Of a stretch of DNA of 64,000 bases, positions 1-13,600 are shown one piece after another. A model generated the notes under the pieces. That model saw only the letters and a list, made by a program, of their open reading frames with translations, searched no databases and was not told where the DNA came from. The position numbers and the translations under genes were made by a program. This DNA is from the human T2T-CHM13v2.0 reference genome, Homo sapiens. The stretch is taken from the NCBI RefSeq assembly GCF_009914755.1, contig NC_060948.1, one strand, 5' to 3'. Numbering within the stretch: the stretch's first letter is position 1; every line of letters starts with the position of its first letter.

Positions 1-236
1 GGAGTCAAATGGAGTGGTCTGGAATGGAATGAACACGAATGTAATGCAACCCAATAGAATGGAATCGAATGGCATGGAATATAAAGAAATGGAATCGAAG
101 AGAATGGAAACAAATGGAATGGAATTGAATGGAATGGAATTGAATGGAATGGGAACGAATGGAGTGAAATTGTATGCAGTAGAAGAGAATAGAATGGAAT
201 GCAAGCGAAAGGAAAGGAATGGATTGGAATGGAATG

Positions 237-280
237 GAATTCATTGGAATGGAAGGGAATGTAGTGTAATGGACAGGCCT
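237..280. other. EcoRI (GAATTC 237-242) and StuI/HaeIII (AGGCCT 275-280) landmark that defines the classic DYZ1 restriction monomer
   Basis: Read directly; recurs once per monomer except EcoRI in monomer 12 and HaeIII in monomer 17. Confidence 0.9.
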
Positions 281-650
281 GGAATAAAGTGGAATGCTAC
301 GGTCTCGAATGGAATAAAAATGTATGGAATGGAATGCAATGAAACGGAATCGAATGTCATAGAATGTAATGGAATGCAAAAAAATGGAATCCAAAATCAT
401 TGACTGGAAAGGCTGGGTGTCGAAAGGAATTGACTCCAATGGAATGGAATCGAATGGAATGGAAGTGAATAGAATCGAACTAAATCGAATGGAATGGAAT
501 TGATAGGAACGGAATGGAAAGGAATGCAATGATTTGGCATGGAATGGAATCGAATGGCATCGAATGGAATGGAATGGAATGCAATGGAATGGAATGTATT
601 AGAATGTAATGAACTTTAATGGAATGTACTCGAATGGATTCGACTGGAAT

Positions 651-665
651 GGAATGTTCTGGAAG
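651..665. promoter_or_regulatory. Candidate heat-shock element 1 (gGAAtgTTCtgGAAg), repeated per monomer
   Basis: Perfect nGAAnnTTCnnGAAn; intact in 17 of 18 monomers (lost in monomer 10 near 32735). Binding is inferred, not shown. Confidence 0.6.
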
Positions 666-930
666 TGAATGGACTCCAATGGAATGGATTCAAAAGGAAT
701 GGAATCGTACGGAATGGAATCTAATGGAATGGAATTAAATGGAAATGAATCAAATTGAATAGCACGGAATTGAATTGAATGGAATCGAATGAAGTGGAAT
801 CTAATGAAACGGAAAGGAAAGGAATGGAATGGAATGGAATGGGCTGGAATGGAAAGGAATCGAAACGAATGGAATGGAATCGAACTGAAGAGACTGGAAT
901 GGAATGCACTGGAATGGAAGGGAGTGTAAT

Positions 931-945
931 GGAAGGTTCTCGAAA
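931..945. promoter_or_regulatory. Candidate heat-shock element 2 (gGAAggTTCtcGAAa), repeated per monomer
   Basis: Perfect nGAAnnTTCnnGAAn; intact in all 18 monomers. Binding is inferred, not shown. Confidence 0.6.
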
Positions 946-1946
946 AAAATGGAATCGAATGGAATGGAATTGAATGGAACGGAATAGAGTCGAATGGAAT
1001 TGAATGGAATGGAATGGACTAGAGTGAAATGGAATCGAACCACAAGGAATGGACAGGAATAGAATGGTCTCGAATTGAATGGAATCGTATGGAATGGCAT
1101 CAAACGGAATGGAATGGACAGCCACGGAATGGAATGCACTCGAATGCAATGGAGTCGAAACTAATGGACTGGAATAGAATGGACTCGACTGGTACGGACT
1201 CCAATGGAATGGAATCGAATGGAAGGGAATCGAACGGAATGGACTCGAAGGGAAAAGACTGCAATGGAAAGGTCTCGAATGGAATGGAAATTAATGGAAT
1301 GGAATGGAATCGAATGAAATGGAGTCAGAAGGAATGGAATCGAATGGCAAGAAATCGAATGTAATGGAACCGCAAGGAATTGATGTGAACGGAACGGAAT
1401 GGAATGGAATCCAAAGGAATGGAATAGAATGGAATGGAATCGAATGGAAAGGACTCGAATGGAAATCACTCGAATAGAATGCAATTTAATAAAATAGGAT
1501 CAAATGTAATGGAATGGAATGGAAAGGAATCGAAACGAAAGGAATGGAGACAGATGGAATGGAATGGAACAGAGAGCAATGGTATAGAATGGAATGGAAT
1601 CATCTGGAATGGAATTGAATGGAATGGAATAATATGAAATGGAATGGAATGGAATGGAATGGAATGCCCTTGAATTAAATGGACTGGACTCGAACAGAGT
1701 GGAATGGAAAGTGTTGAGATAGAATGGAATGGACTCCTTTGGAATGGTGTAGTATGCAATGCAATCGACTGGCAGGGAATCAAAAGGAATGTAATCGAAT
1801 GGATTGGACTGGAATGCAATGGACTCGAATAGATTGGAAACGGAATGCAAAGGAATGGAATGGAATAGTATGGAATGGAATGGAAAGGAATGGAGTGGAA
1901 TAGACTAGAGTGGAATGGAATGGACTGGAAAGCAATGGACTGGAAT

Positions 1947-1961
1947 GGAACATTCTTGAAT
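1947..1961. promoter_or_regulatory. Candidate heat-shock element 3 (gGAAcaTTCttGAAt; gGAActTTCttGAAt in other copies)
   Basis: Perfect nGAAnnTTCnnGAAn; intact in 12 of 18 monomers, with the third GAA changed to GGA in monomers 4, 7, 8, 10, 13 and 14. Confidence 0.55.
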
Positions 1962-3564
1962 GGACTGGAATCAAACGGAATGGAATGCAATGCAATCAAA
2001 TGGCATGGAATAAAATAGAATGAAAGAGAATCAAATGGAATTGAATCGAATGGAATCGAATGGATTGGAAAGGAATAGAATGGAATGGAATGGAATTGAC
2101 TCAAATGGAATGGACTAGAATGGAATGGATTCGAATGGAAGGCAAAGGAATGGAATCTATTGGAATGGACTGTAATGGAATGGAATGGAAGGGATTGGAA
2201 TGGACTCGAATGGAATGGACTGCAATAGAAAGGATTCGAATGGAATGAAAAAGAATTGAATGGAATAGAACAGAATGGAATCAAATCGAATGAAATGGAA
2301 TGGAATAGAAAGGAATGGAATGAAATGGAATGGAAAGGATTCGAATGGAATGCAATCGAATGGAATGGAATCGAACGGAATGGAATAAAATGGAAGAAAA
2401 CTGGCAAGAAATGGAATCGAAATGAATGGAGTGTTATGGAACGGACTCAAAAGGAATTGAATGTAATAGAATGGAGTGGAGTGGACTCGAATATAATGGA
2501 CTGGAATGGAATGAAATCACATGGAATGGGAACGAATGGAATGGAATGGAAAGGAATGGAATCGAATGGAAAGGAATCGAATGGAAGGGAATGAAACTGA
2601 ATCAACAGGAATGGAAGGGAATAGAATAGACGGTAATGGAATGGACTCGAATAGAATGGACACGAATGCTCAAATTGAATGGACTCGAATGGAATGGAAA
2701 CGAAAGGAATGTCATCGAATGGAATTGAATCGATTGGAATGAAATCGCATAGAATGGAGTGGAATCAAATGGAATTGAATCGAAAGGAAAGGAAGCGAAT
2801 GGACTGAAATGAAATGGAATGGAATTGAATGGAAAGTAATGCAATGGAATAGAATGGAACGAAATTTCACGGAATGGAATCAAACTGAATGGAATCAAAT
2901 CAATGGAATCAAATCAAATGGAATGGAAAGGAATTGAATGGAGTAGATGGGATTGGATGGGATTGGAATGAAATGTACTGGAAAGGACTCGAATTTCATG
3001 AAACGGAATGGAATGAATTGGAACGGAATGGACTCGAATGGAATGGAATGTCATGGAATGGCATCAAATGGAATGGCATCAAATGGAATGGAATCGAATG
3101 CAATGGAATGCTATGGAATGGAATGGAATGCATTGGAATGGAATGTCCTCTAATGGAATGGATTCGAGTGGAATGGAATTGAATATAATGGAGTCGAATG
3201 AAATGGAATTGAAAGGAATGGGATCGAATACAATGGAATATACTGGAATGTAACGTAATGAACTCGAATGTAATTGACTGGAATGGAATGTACATGAATG
3301 GAATGTAATCGAATGGAAAGTAATCCAATGGAATAGAATCTAATGCAATAAAATCGACTCAGATAGAGTAGAATGTAATGGAATGGAGTGCAGTGCAATG
3401 GAATGGAATGGAATGGAATGCAATGGAATGGAATGGAACGGAATGGAATGGAATGGAATGGATTGGAATGGAATGGGATGGAATGGTATGGAATGGATAG
3501 TAATGGACTGGAGTGAAATGGACTGGAAAGGAATGGACTCAAATTGAAAGGGCTCGAAAGGAAT

Positions 3565-6500
3565 GGAGTCAAATGGAATGGTCTGGAATGGAATGAACAC
3601 GAATGTAATGCAACCCAATAGAATGGAATCGAATGGCATGGAATATAAAGAAATGGAATCGAAGAGAATGGAAACAAATGGAATGGAATTGAATGGAATG
3701 GAATTGAATGGAATGGGAACGAATGGAGTGAAATTGTATGCAGTAGAAGAGAATAGAATGGAATGCAAGCGAAAGGAAAGGAATGGATTGGAATGGAATG
3801 GAATTCATTGGAATGGAAGGGAATGTAGTGTAATGGACAGGCCTGGAATAAAGTGGAATGCTACGGTCTCGAATGGAATAAAAATGTATGGAATGGAATG
3901 CAATGAAACGGAATCGAATGTCATAGAATGTAATGGAATGCAAAAAAATGGAATCCAAAATCATTGACTGGAAAGGCTGGGTGTCGAAAGGAATTGACTC
4001 CAATGGAATGGAATCGAATGGAATGGAAGTGAATAGAATCGAACTAAATCGAATGGAATGGAATTGATAGGAACGGAATGGAAAGGAATGCAATGATTTG
4101 GCATGGAATGGAATCGAATGGCATCGAATGGAATGGAATGGAATGCAATGGAATGGAATGTATTAGAATGTAATGAACTTTAATGGAATGTACTCGAATG
4201 GATTCGACTGGAATGGAATGTTCTGGAAGTGAATGGACTCCAATGGAATGGATTCAAAAGGAATGGAATCGTACGGAATGGAATCTAATGGAATGGAATT
4301 AAATGGAAATGAATCAAATTGAATAGCACGGAATTGAATTGAATGGAATCGAATGAAGTGGAATCTAATGAAACGGAAAGGAAAGGAATGGAATGGAATG
4401 GAATGGGCTGGAATGGAAAGGAATCGAAACGAATGGAATGGAATCGAACTGAAGAGACTGGAATGGAATGCACTGGAATGGAAGGGAGTGTAATGGAAGG
4501 TTCTCGAAAAAAATGGAATCGAATGGAATGGAATTGAATGGAACGGAATAGAGTCGAATGGAATTGAATGGAATGGAATGGACTAGAGTGAAATGGAATC
4601 GAACCACAAGGAATGGACAGGAATAGAATGGTCTCGAATTGAATGGAATCGTATGGAATGGCATCAAACGGAATGGAATGGACAGCCACGGAATGGAATG
4701 CACTCGAATGCAATGGAGTCGAAACTAATGGACTGGAATAGAATGGACTCGACTGGTACGGACTCCAATGGAATGGAATCGAATGGAAGGGAATCGAACG
4801 GAATGGACTCGAAGGGAAAAGACTGCAATGGAAAGGTCTCGAATGGAATGGAAATTAATGGAATGGAATGGAATCGAATGAAATGGAGTCAAAAGGAATG
4901 GAATCGAATGGCAAGAAATCGAATGTAATGGAATCGCAAGGAATTGATGTGAACGGAACGGAATGGAATGGAATCCAAAGGAATGGAATAGAATGGAATG
5001 GAATCGAATGGAAAGGACTCGAATGGAAATCACTCGAATAGAATGCAATTTAATAAAATAGGATCAAATGTAATGGAATGGAATGGAAAGGAATCGAAAC
5101 GAAAGGAATGGAGACAGATGGAATGGAATGGAACAGAGAGCAATGGTATAGAATGGAATGGAATCATCTGGAATGGAATTGAATGGAATGGAATAATATG
5201 AAATGGAATGGAATGGAATGGAATGGAATGCCCTTGAATTAAATGGACTGCAATGGAATGGACTCGAACAGAGTGGAATGGAAAGTGTTGAGATAGAATG
5301 GAATGGACTCTTTTGGAATGGTCTAGTATGCAATGCAATCGACTGGCAGGGAATCAAAAGGAATGTAATCGAATGGATTAGACCGGAATGCAATGGACTC
5401 GAATAGATTGGAAACGGAATGCAAAGGAATGGAATGGAATAGTATGGAATGGAATGGAAAGGAATGGAGTGGAATAGACTAGAGTGGAATGGAATGGACT
5501 GGAAAGCAATGGACTGGAATGGAACTTTCTTGAATGGACTGGAATCAAACGGAATGGAATGCAATGCAATCAAATGGCATGGAATAAAATAGAATGAAAG
5601 AGAATCAAATGGAATTGAATCGAATGGAATCGAATGGATTGGAAAGGAATAGAATGGAATGGAATGGAATTGACTCAAATGGAATGGACTAGAATGGAAT
5701 GGATTCGAATGGAAGGCAAAGGAATGGAATCTATTGGAATGGACTGTAATGGAATGGAATGGAAGGGATTGGAATGGACTCGAATGGAATGGACTGCAAT
5801 AGAAAGGATTCGAATGGAATGAAAAAGAATTGAATGGAATAGAACAGAATGGAATCAAATCGAATGAAATGGAATGGAATAGAAAGGAATGGAATGAAAT
5901 GGAATGGAAAGGATTCGAATGGAATGCAATCGAATGGAATGGAATCGAACGGAATGGAATAAAATGGAAGAAAACTGGCAAGAAATGGAATCGAAATGAA
6001 TGGAGTGTTATGGAACGGACTCAAAAGGAATTGAATGTAATAGAATGGAGTGGAGTGGACTCGAATATAATGGACTGGAATGGAATGAAATCACATGGAA
6101 TGGGAACGAATGGAATGGAATGGAAAGGAATGGAATCGAATGGAAAGGAATCGAATGGAAGGGAATGAAATTGAATCAACAGGAATGGAAGGGAATAGAA
6201 TAGACGGTAATGGAATGGACTCGAATAGAATGGACACGAATGCTCAAATTGAATGGACTCGAATGGAATGGAAACGAAAGGAATGTCATCGAATGGAATT
6301 GAATCGATTGGAATGAAATCGCATAGAATGGAGTGGAATCAAATGGAATTGAATCGAAAGGAAAGGAAGCGAAAGGACTGAAATGAAATGGAATGGAATT
6401 GAATGGAAAGTAATGCAATGGAATAGAATGGAACGAAATTTCACGGAATGGAATCAAACTGAATGGAATCAAATCAATGGAATCAAATCAAATGGAATGG

Positions 6501-7133
6501 AAAGGAATTGAATGGAGTAGATTGGATTGGATGGGATTGGAATGAAATGTACTGGAAAGGACTCGAATTTCATGAAACGGAATGGAATGAATTGGAACGG
6601 AATGGACTCGAATGGAATGGAATGTCATGGAATGGCATCAAATGGAATGGCATCAAATGGAATGGAATCGAATGCAATGGAATGCTATGGGATGGAATGG
6701 AATGCATTGGAATGGAATGTCCTCTAATGGAATGGATTCGAGTGGAATGGAATCGAATATAATGGAGTCGAATGAAAAGGAAATGAAAGGAATGGGATCG
6801 AATACAATGGAATATACTGGAATGTAATGTAATGAACTCGAATGTAATTGACTGGAATGGAATGTACATGAATGGAATGTAATCGAATGGAAAGTAATCC
6901 AATGGAATAGAATCTAATGCAATAAAATCGACACAGATAGAGTAGAATGTAATGGAATGGAGTGCAGTGCAATGGAATGGAATGGAATGGAATGCAATGG
7001 AATGGAATGGAATGGAATGGAATGGAATGGAATGGAATGGAATGGGATGGAATGGTATGGAATGGATAGTAATGGTCTGGAATGAAATGGACTGGAAAAG
7101 AATGGACTCAAATTGAAAGGGCTCGAAAGCAAT
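3565..7133 (+). repeat. DYZ1 monomer 2 (3569 bp)
   Basis: Landmark recurrence; next start at 7134. Confidence 0.92.
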
Positions 7134-10100
7134 GGAGTCAAATGGAATGGTCTGGAATGGAATGAACACGAATGTAATGCAATCCAATAGAATGGAATCG
7201 AATGGCATGGAATATAAAGAAATGGAATCGAAGAGAATGGAAACAAATGGAATGGAATTGAATGGAATGGAATTGAATGGAATGGGAAGGAATGGAGTGA
7301 AATTGTATGCAGTAGAAGAGAATAGAATGGAATGCAAGCGAAAGGAAAGGAATGGATTGCAATGGAATGGAATTCATTGAAATGGAAGGAAATGTAGTGT
7401 AATGGACAGGCCTGGAATAAAGTGGAATGCTACGGTCTCGAATGGAATAAAAATGTATGGAATGGAATGCAATGAAACGGAATCGAATGTCATAGAATGT
7501 AATGGAATGCAAAAAAATGGAATCCAAAATCATTGACTGGAAAGGCTGGGTGTCGAAAGGAATTGACTCCAATGGAATGGAATCGAATGGAATGGAATCG
7601 AATGGAATGGAAGTGAATAGAATCGAACTAAATCGAATGGAATGGAATTGATAGGAACGGAATGGAAAGGAATGCAATGATTTGGCATGGAATGGAATCG
7701 AATGGCATCGAATGGAATGGAATGGAATGGAATGTATTAGAATGTAATGAACATTAATGGAATGTACTCGAATGGATTCGACTGGAATGGAATGTTCTGG
7801 AAGTGAATGGACTCCAATGGAATGGATTCGAAAGGAATGGAATCGAACGGAATGGAATCTAATGGAATGGAATTAAATGGAAATGAATCAAATTGAATAG
7901 CACGGAATTGAATTGAATGGAATCGAATGCAATGGAATCTAATGAAACGGAAAGGAAAGGAATGGAATGGAATGGAATGGGCTGGAATGGAAAGGAATCG
8001 AAACGAATGGAATGGAATCGAACTGAAGAGACTGGAATGGAATGCACTGGAATGGAAGGGATTGTAATGGAAGGTTCTCGAAAATAATGGAAGCAAATGG
8101 AATGGAATTGAATGGAACGGAATAGAGTCGAATGGAATTGAATGGAATGGAATGGACTAGAGTGAAATGGAATCGAACCACAAGGAATGGACAGGAATAG
8201 AATGGTCTCGAATTGAATGGAATCGTATGGAATGGCATCAAACGGAATGGAATGGACAGCCACGGAATGGAATGCACTCGAATGCAAAGGAGTCGAAACT
8301 TATGGACTGGAATAGAATGGACTCGACTGGTACGGACTCCAATGGAATGGAATCGAATGGAAGGGATTCGAACGGAATGTACTCGAAGGGAAAAGACTGC
8401 AATGGAAAGGTCTCGAATGGAATGGTAATTAATGGAATGGAATGGAATCGAATGAAATGGAGTCAAAAGGAATGGAATCGAATGGCAAGAAATCGAATGT
8501 AATGGAATCGCAAGGAATTGATGTGAACGGAACGGAATGGAATGGAATCCAAAGGAATGGAATAGAATGGAATGGAATCGAATGGAAAGGACTCGAATGG
8601 AAATCACTCGAATAGAATGAAATTTAATAAAATAGGATCAAATGTAATGGAATGGAATGGAAAGGAATCGAAACGAAAGGAATGGAGACAGATGGAATGG
8701 AATGGAACAGAGAGCAATGGTATAGAATGGAATGGAATCATCTGGAATGGAATTGAATGGAATGGAATAATATGAAATGGAATGGAATGGAATGGAATGG
8801 AATGGAATGGAATGCCCTTGAATTAAATGGACTGGAATGGAATGGACTCGAACAGAGTGGAATGGAAAGTGTTGAGATAGAATGGAATGGACTCCTTTGG
8901 AATGGTGTAGTATGCAATGCAATCGACTGGCAGGGAATCAAAAGGAATGTAATCGAATGGATTGGACTGGAATGCAATGGACTCGAATAGATTGGAAACG
9001 GAATGCAAAGGAATGGAATGGAATAGTATGGAATGGAATGGAAAGGAATGGAGTGGAATAGACTAGAGTGGAATGGAATGGACTGGAAAGCAATGGACTG
9101 GAATGGAACTTTCTTGAATGGACTGGAATCAAACGGAATGGAATGCAATGCAATCAAATGGCATGGAATAAAATAGAATGAAAGAGAATCAAATGGAATT
9201 GAATCGAATGGAATCGAATGGATTGGAAAGGAATAGAATGGAATGGAATGGAATTGACTCAAATGGAATGGACTAGAATGGAATGGATTCGAATGGAAGG
9301 CAAAGGAATGGAATCTATTGGAATGGACTGTAATGGAATGGAATGGAAGGGATTGGAATGGACTCGAATGGAATGGACTGCAATAGAAAGGATTCGAATG
9401 GAATGAAAAAGAATTGAATGGAATAGAACAGAATGGAATCAAATCGAATGAAATGGAATGGAATAGAAAGGAATGGAATGAAATGGAATGGAAAGGATTC
9501 GAATGGAATGCAATCGAATGGAATGGAATCGAACGGAATGGAATAAAATGGAAGAAAACTGACAAGAAATGGAATCGAAATGAATGGAGTGTTATGGAAC
9601 GGACTCAAAAGGAATTGAATGTAATAGAATGGAGTGGAGTGGACTCGAATATAATAGACTGGAATGGAATGAAATCACATGGAATGGGAACGAATGGAAT
9701 GGAATGGAAAGGAATGGAATCGAATGGAAAGGAATCGAATGGAAGGGAATGAAATTGAATCAACAGGAATGGAAGGGAATAGAATAGACGGTAATGGAAT
9801 GGACTCGAATAGAATGGACACGAATGCTCAAATTGAATGGACTCGAATGGAATGGAAACGAAAGGAATGTCATCGAATGGAATTGAATCGATTGGAATGA
9901 AATCGCATAGAATGGAGTGGAATCAAATGGAATTGAATCGAAAGGAAAGGAAGCGAATGGACTGAAATGAAATGGAATGGAATTGAATGGAAAGTAATGC
10001 AATGGAATAGAATGGAACGAAATTTCACGGAATGGAATCAAACTGAATGGAATCAAATCAATGGAATCAAATCAAATGGAATGGAGAAGATTGGATTGGA

Positions 10101-10697
10101 TGGGATTGGAATGAAATGTACCGGAAAGGACTCGAATTTCATGAAACGGAATGGAATGAATTGGAACGGAATGGACTCGAATGGAATGGAATGTCATAGA
10201 ATGGCATCAAATGGAATGGCATCAAATGGAATGGAATCGAATGCAATGGAATGCTATGGAATGGAATGGAATGCATTGGAATGGAATGTCCTCTAATGGA
10301 ATGGATTCGAGTGGAATGGAATCGAATATAATGGAGTCGAATGAAATGGAATTGAAAGGAATGGGATCGAATACAATGGAATATACTGGAATGTAATGTA
10401 ATGAACTCGAATGTAATTGACTGGAATGGAATGTACATGAATGGAATGTAATCGAATGGAAAGTAATCCAATGGAATAGAATCTAATGCAATAAAATCGA
10501 CTCAGATAGAGTAGAATGTAATGGAATGGAGTGCAGTGCAATGGAATGGAATGGAATGGAATGCAATGGAATGGAATGGAATGGAATGGAATGGAATGGA
10601 ATGGAATGGGATGGAATGGTATGGAATGGATAGTAATGGACTGGAGTGAAATGGACTGGAAAGGAATGGACTCAAATTGAAAGGGCTCGAAAGGAAT
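7134..10697 (+). repeat. DYZ1 monomer 3 (3564 bp)
   Basis: Landmark recurrence; 10-bp insertion near 7590, 10-bp deletion near 7725, 15-bp deletion near 10085. Confidence 0.92.
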
Positions 10698-13600
10698 GGA
10701 GTCAAATGGAATGGTCTGGAATGGAATGAACACGAATGTAATGCAATCCAATAGAATGGAATCGAATGGCATGGAATATAAAGAAATGGAATCGAAGAGA
10801 ATGGAAACAAATGGAATGGAATTGAATGGAATGGAATTGAATGGAATGGGAACGAATGGAGTGAAATTGTATGCAGTAGAAGGGAATAGAATGGAATGCA
10901 ACCGAAAGGAAAGGAATGGATTGGAATGGAATGGAATTCATTGGAATGGAAGGGAATGTAGTGTAATGGACAGGCCTGGAATAAAGTGGAATGCTACGGT
11001 CTCGAATGGAATAAAAATGTATGGAATGGAATGCAATGAAACGGAATCGAATGTCATAGAATGTAATGGAATGCAAAAAAATGGAATCCAAAATCATTGA
11101 ATGGAAAGGCTGGGTGTCGAAAGGAATTGACTCCAATGGAATGGAATCGAATGGAATGGAAGTGAATAGAATCGAACTAAATCGAATGGAATGGAATTGA
11201 TAGGAACGGAATGGAAAGGAATGCAATGATTTGGCATGGAATGGAATCGAATGGCATCGAATGGAATGGAATGGAATGCAATGGAATGGAATGTATTAGA
11301 ATGTAATGAACATTAGTGGAATGTACTCGAATGGATTCGACTGGAATGGAATGTTCTGGAAGTGAATGGACTCCAATGGAATGGATTCGAAAGGAATGGA
11401 ATCGAACGGAATGGAATCTAATGGAATGGAATTAAATGGAAATGAATCAAATTGAATAGCACGGAATTGAATTGAATGGAATCGAATGCAATGGAATCTA
11501 ATGAAACGGAAAGGAAAGAATGGAATGGAATAGAATGGGCTGGAATGGAAAGGAATCGAAACGAATGGAATGGAATCGAACTGAAGAGACTGGAATGGAA
11601 TGCACTGGAATGGAAGGGAGTGTAATGGAAGGTTCTCGAAAAAAATGGAATCGAATGGAATGGAATTGAATGGAACGGAATAGAGTCGAATGGAATTGAA
11701 TGGAATGGAATGGACTAGAGTGAAATGGAATCAAACCACAAGGAATGGACAGGAATAGAATGGTCTCGAATTGAATGGAATCGTATGGAATGGCATCAAA
11801 CGGAATGGAATGGACAGCCACGGAATGGAATGCACTCGAATGCAATGGAGTCGAAACTAATGGACTGGAATAGAATGGACTCGACTGGTACGGACTCCAA
11901 TGGAATGGAATCGAATGGAAGGGAATCGAACGGAATGGACTCGAAGGGAAAAGACTGCAATGGAAAGGTCTCGAATGGAATGGAAATTAATGGAATGGAA
12001 TGGAATCGAATGAAATGGAGTCAAAAGGAATGGAATCGAATGGCAAGAAATCGAATGTAATGGAATCGCAAGGAATTGATGTGAACGGAACGGAATGGAA
12101 TGGAATCCAAAGGAATGGAATAGAATGGAATGGAATCGAATGGAAAGGACTCGAATGGAAATCACTCGAATAGAATGCAATTTAATAAAATAGGATCAAA
12201 TGTAATAGAATGGAATGGAAAGGAATCGAAACGGAAGGAATGGAGACAGATGGAATGGAATGGAACAGAGAGCAATGGTATAGAATGGAATGGAATCATC
12301 TGGAATGGAATTGAATGGAATGGAATAATATGAAATGGAATGGAATGGAATGGAATGGAATGCCCTTGAATTAAATGGACTGGACTCGAACAGAGTGGAA
12401 TGGAAAGTGTTGAGATAGAATGGAATGGACTCCTTTGGAATGGTGTAGTATGCAATGCAATCGACTGGCAGGGAATCAAAAGGAATGTAATCGAATGGAT
12501 TGGACTGGAATGCAATGGACTCGAATAGATTGGAAACGGAATGCAAAGGAATGGAATGGAATAGTATGGAATGCAATGGAAGGGAATGGAGTGGAATAGA
12601 CTAGAGTGGAATGGAATGGACTGGAAAGCAATGGACTGGAATGGAACTTTCTTGGATGGATTGGAATCAAACGGAATGGAATGCAATGCAATCAAATGGC
12701 ATGGAATAAAATAGAATGAAAGAGAATCAAATGGAATTGAATCGAATGGAATCGAATTGATTGGAAAGGAATAGAATGGAATGGAATGGAATTGACTCAA
12801 ATGGAATGGACTAGAATGGAATGGATTCGAATGGAAGGCAAAGGAATGGAATCTATTGGAATGGACTGTAATGGAATGGAATGGAAGGGATTGGAATGGA
12901 CTCGAATGGAATGGACTGCAATAGAAAGGATTCGAATGGAATGAAAAAGAATTGAATGGAATAGAACAGAATGGAATCAAATCGAATGAAATGGAATGGA
13001 ATAGAAAGGAATGGAATGAAATGGAATGGAAAGGATTCGAATGGAATGCAATCGAATGGAATGGAGTCGAACGGAATGGAATAAAATGGAAGAAAACTGG
13101 CAAGAAATGGAATCGAAATGAATGGAGTGTTATGGAACGGACTCAAAAGGAATTGAATGTAATAGAATGGAGTGGAGTGGACTCGAATATAATGGACTGG
13201 AATGGAATGAAATCACATGGAATGGGAACGAATGGAATGGAATGGAAAGGAATGGAAATGAATGGAAAGGAATCGAATGGAAGGGAATGAAATTGAATCA
13301 AGAGGAATGGAAGGGAATAGAATAGACGGTAATGGAATGGACTCGAATAGAATGGACACGAATGCTCAAATTAAATGGACTCGAATGGAATGGAAACGAA
13401 AGGAATGTCATCGAATGGAATTGAATCGATTGGAATGAAATCGCATAGAATGGAGTGGAATCAAATGGAATTGAATCGAAAGGAAAGGAAGCGAATGGAC
13501 TGAAATGAAATGGAATGGAATTGAATGGAAAGTAATGCAATGGAATAGAATGGAACGAAATTTCACGGAATGGAATCAAACTGAATGGAATCAAATCAAT

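Larger units (their letters stand above)
1..3564 (+). repeat. DYZ1 monomer 1 (3564 bp; phase set arbitrarily at window start GGAGTCAAAT)
   Basis: The start motif and its downstream context recur at 3565; ORF track repeats at offset 3564 (5..529 vs 3569..4093). Confidence 0.93.

Noticed and set aside
406-427. GC-richer islands (GGCTGGGTGTCG, GACAGCCACGG, GACAGGCCTGG) as inserted foreign sequence
   Set aside because: They stay in the 5-bp register (GGAAA GGCTG GGTGT CGAAA) and have no target-site duplications, so they are diverged pentamers.
431-1225. Internal sub-repeat GACTCCAATGGAATGGA at ~432, ~672 and ~1197
   Set aside because: Spacing is irregular and flanks differ; it can be explained by a limited pentamer vocabulary, and no sub-monomer period could be supported by eye.
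2860-3004. Further HSE-like motifs CGAAATTTCACGG (2860-2872) and CGAATTTCATGAAA (2990-3003)
   Set aside because: Each has only two correctly spaced units, so they are not counted as canonical three-unit elements.
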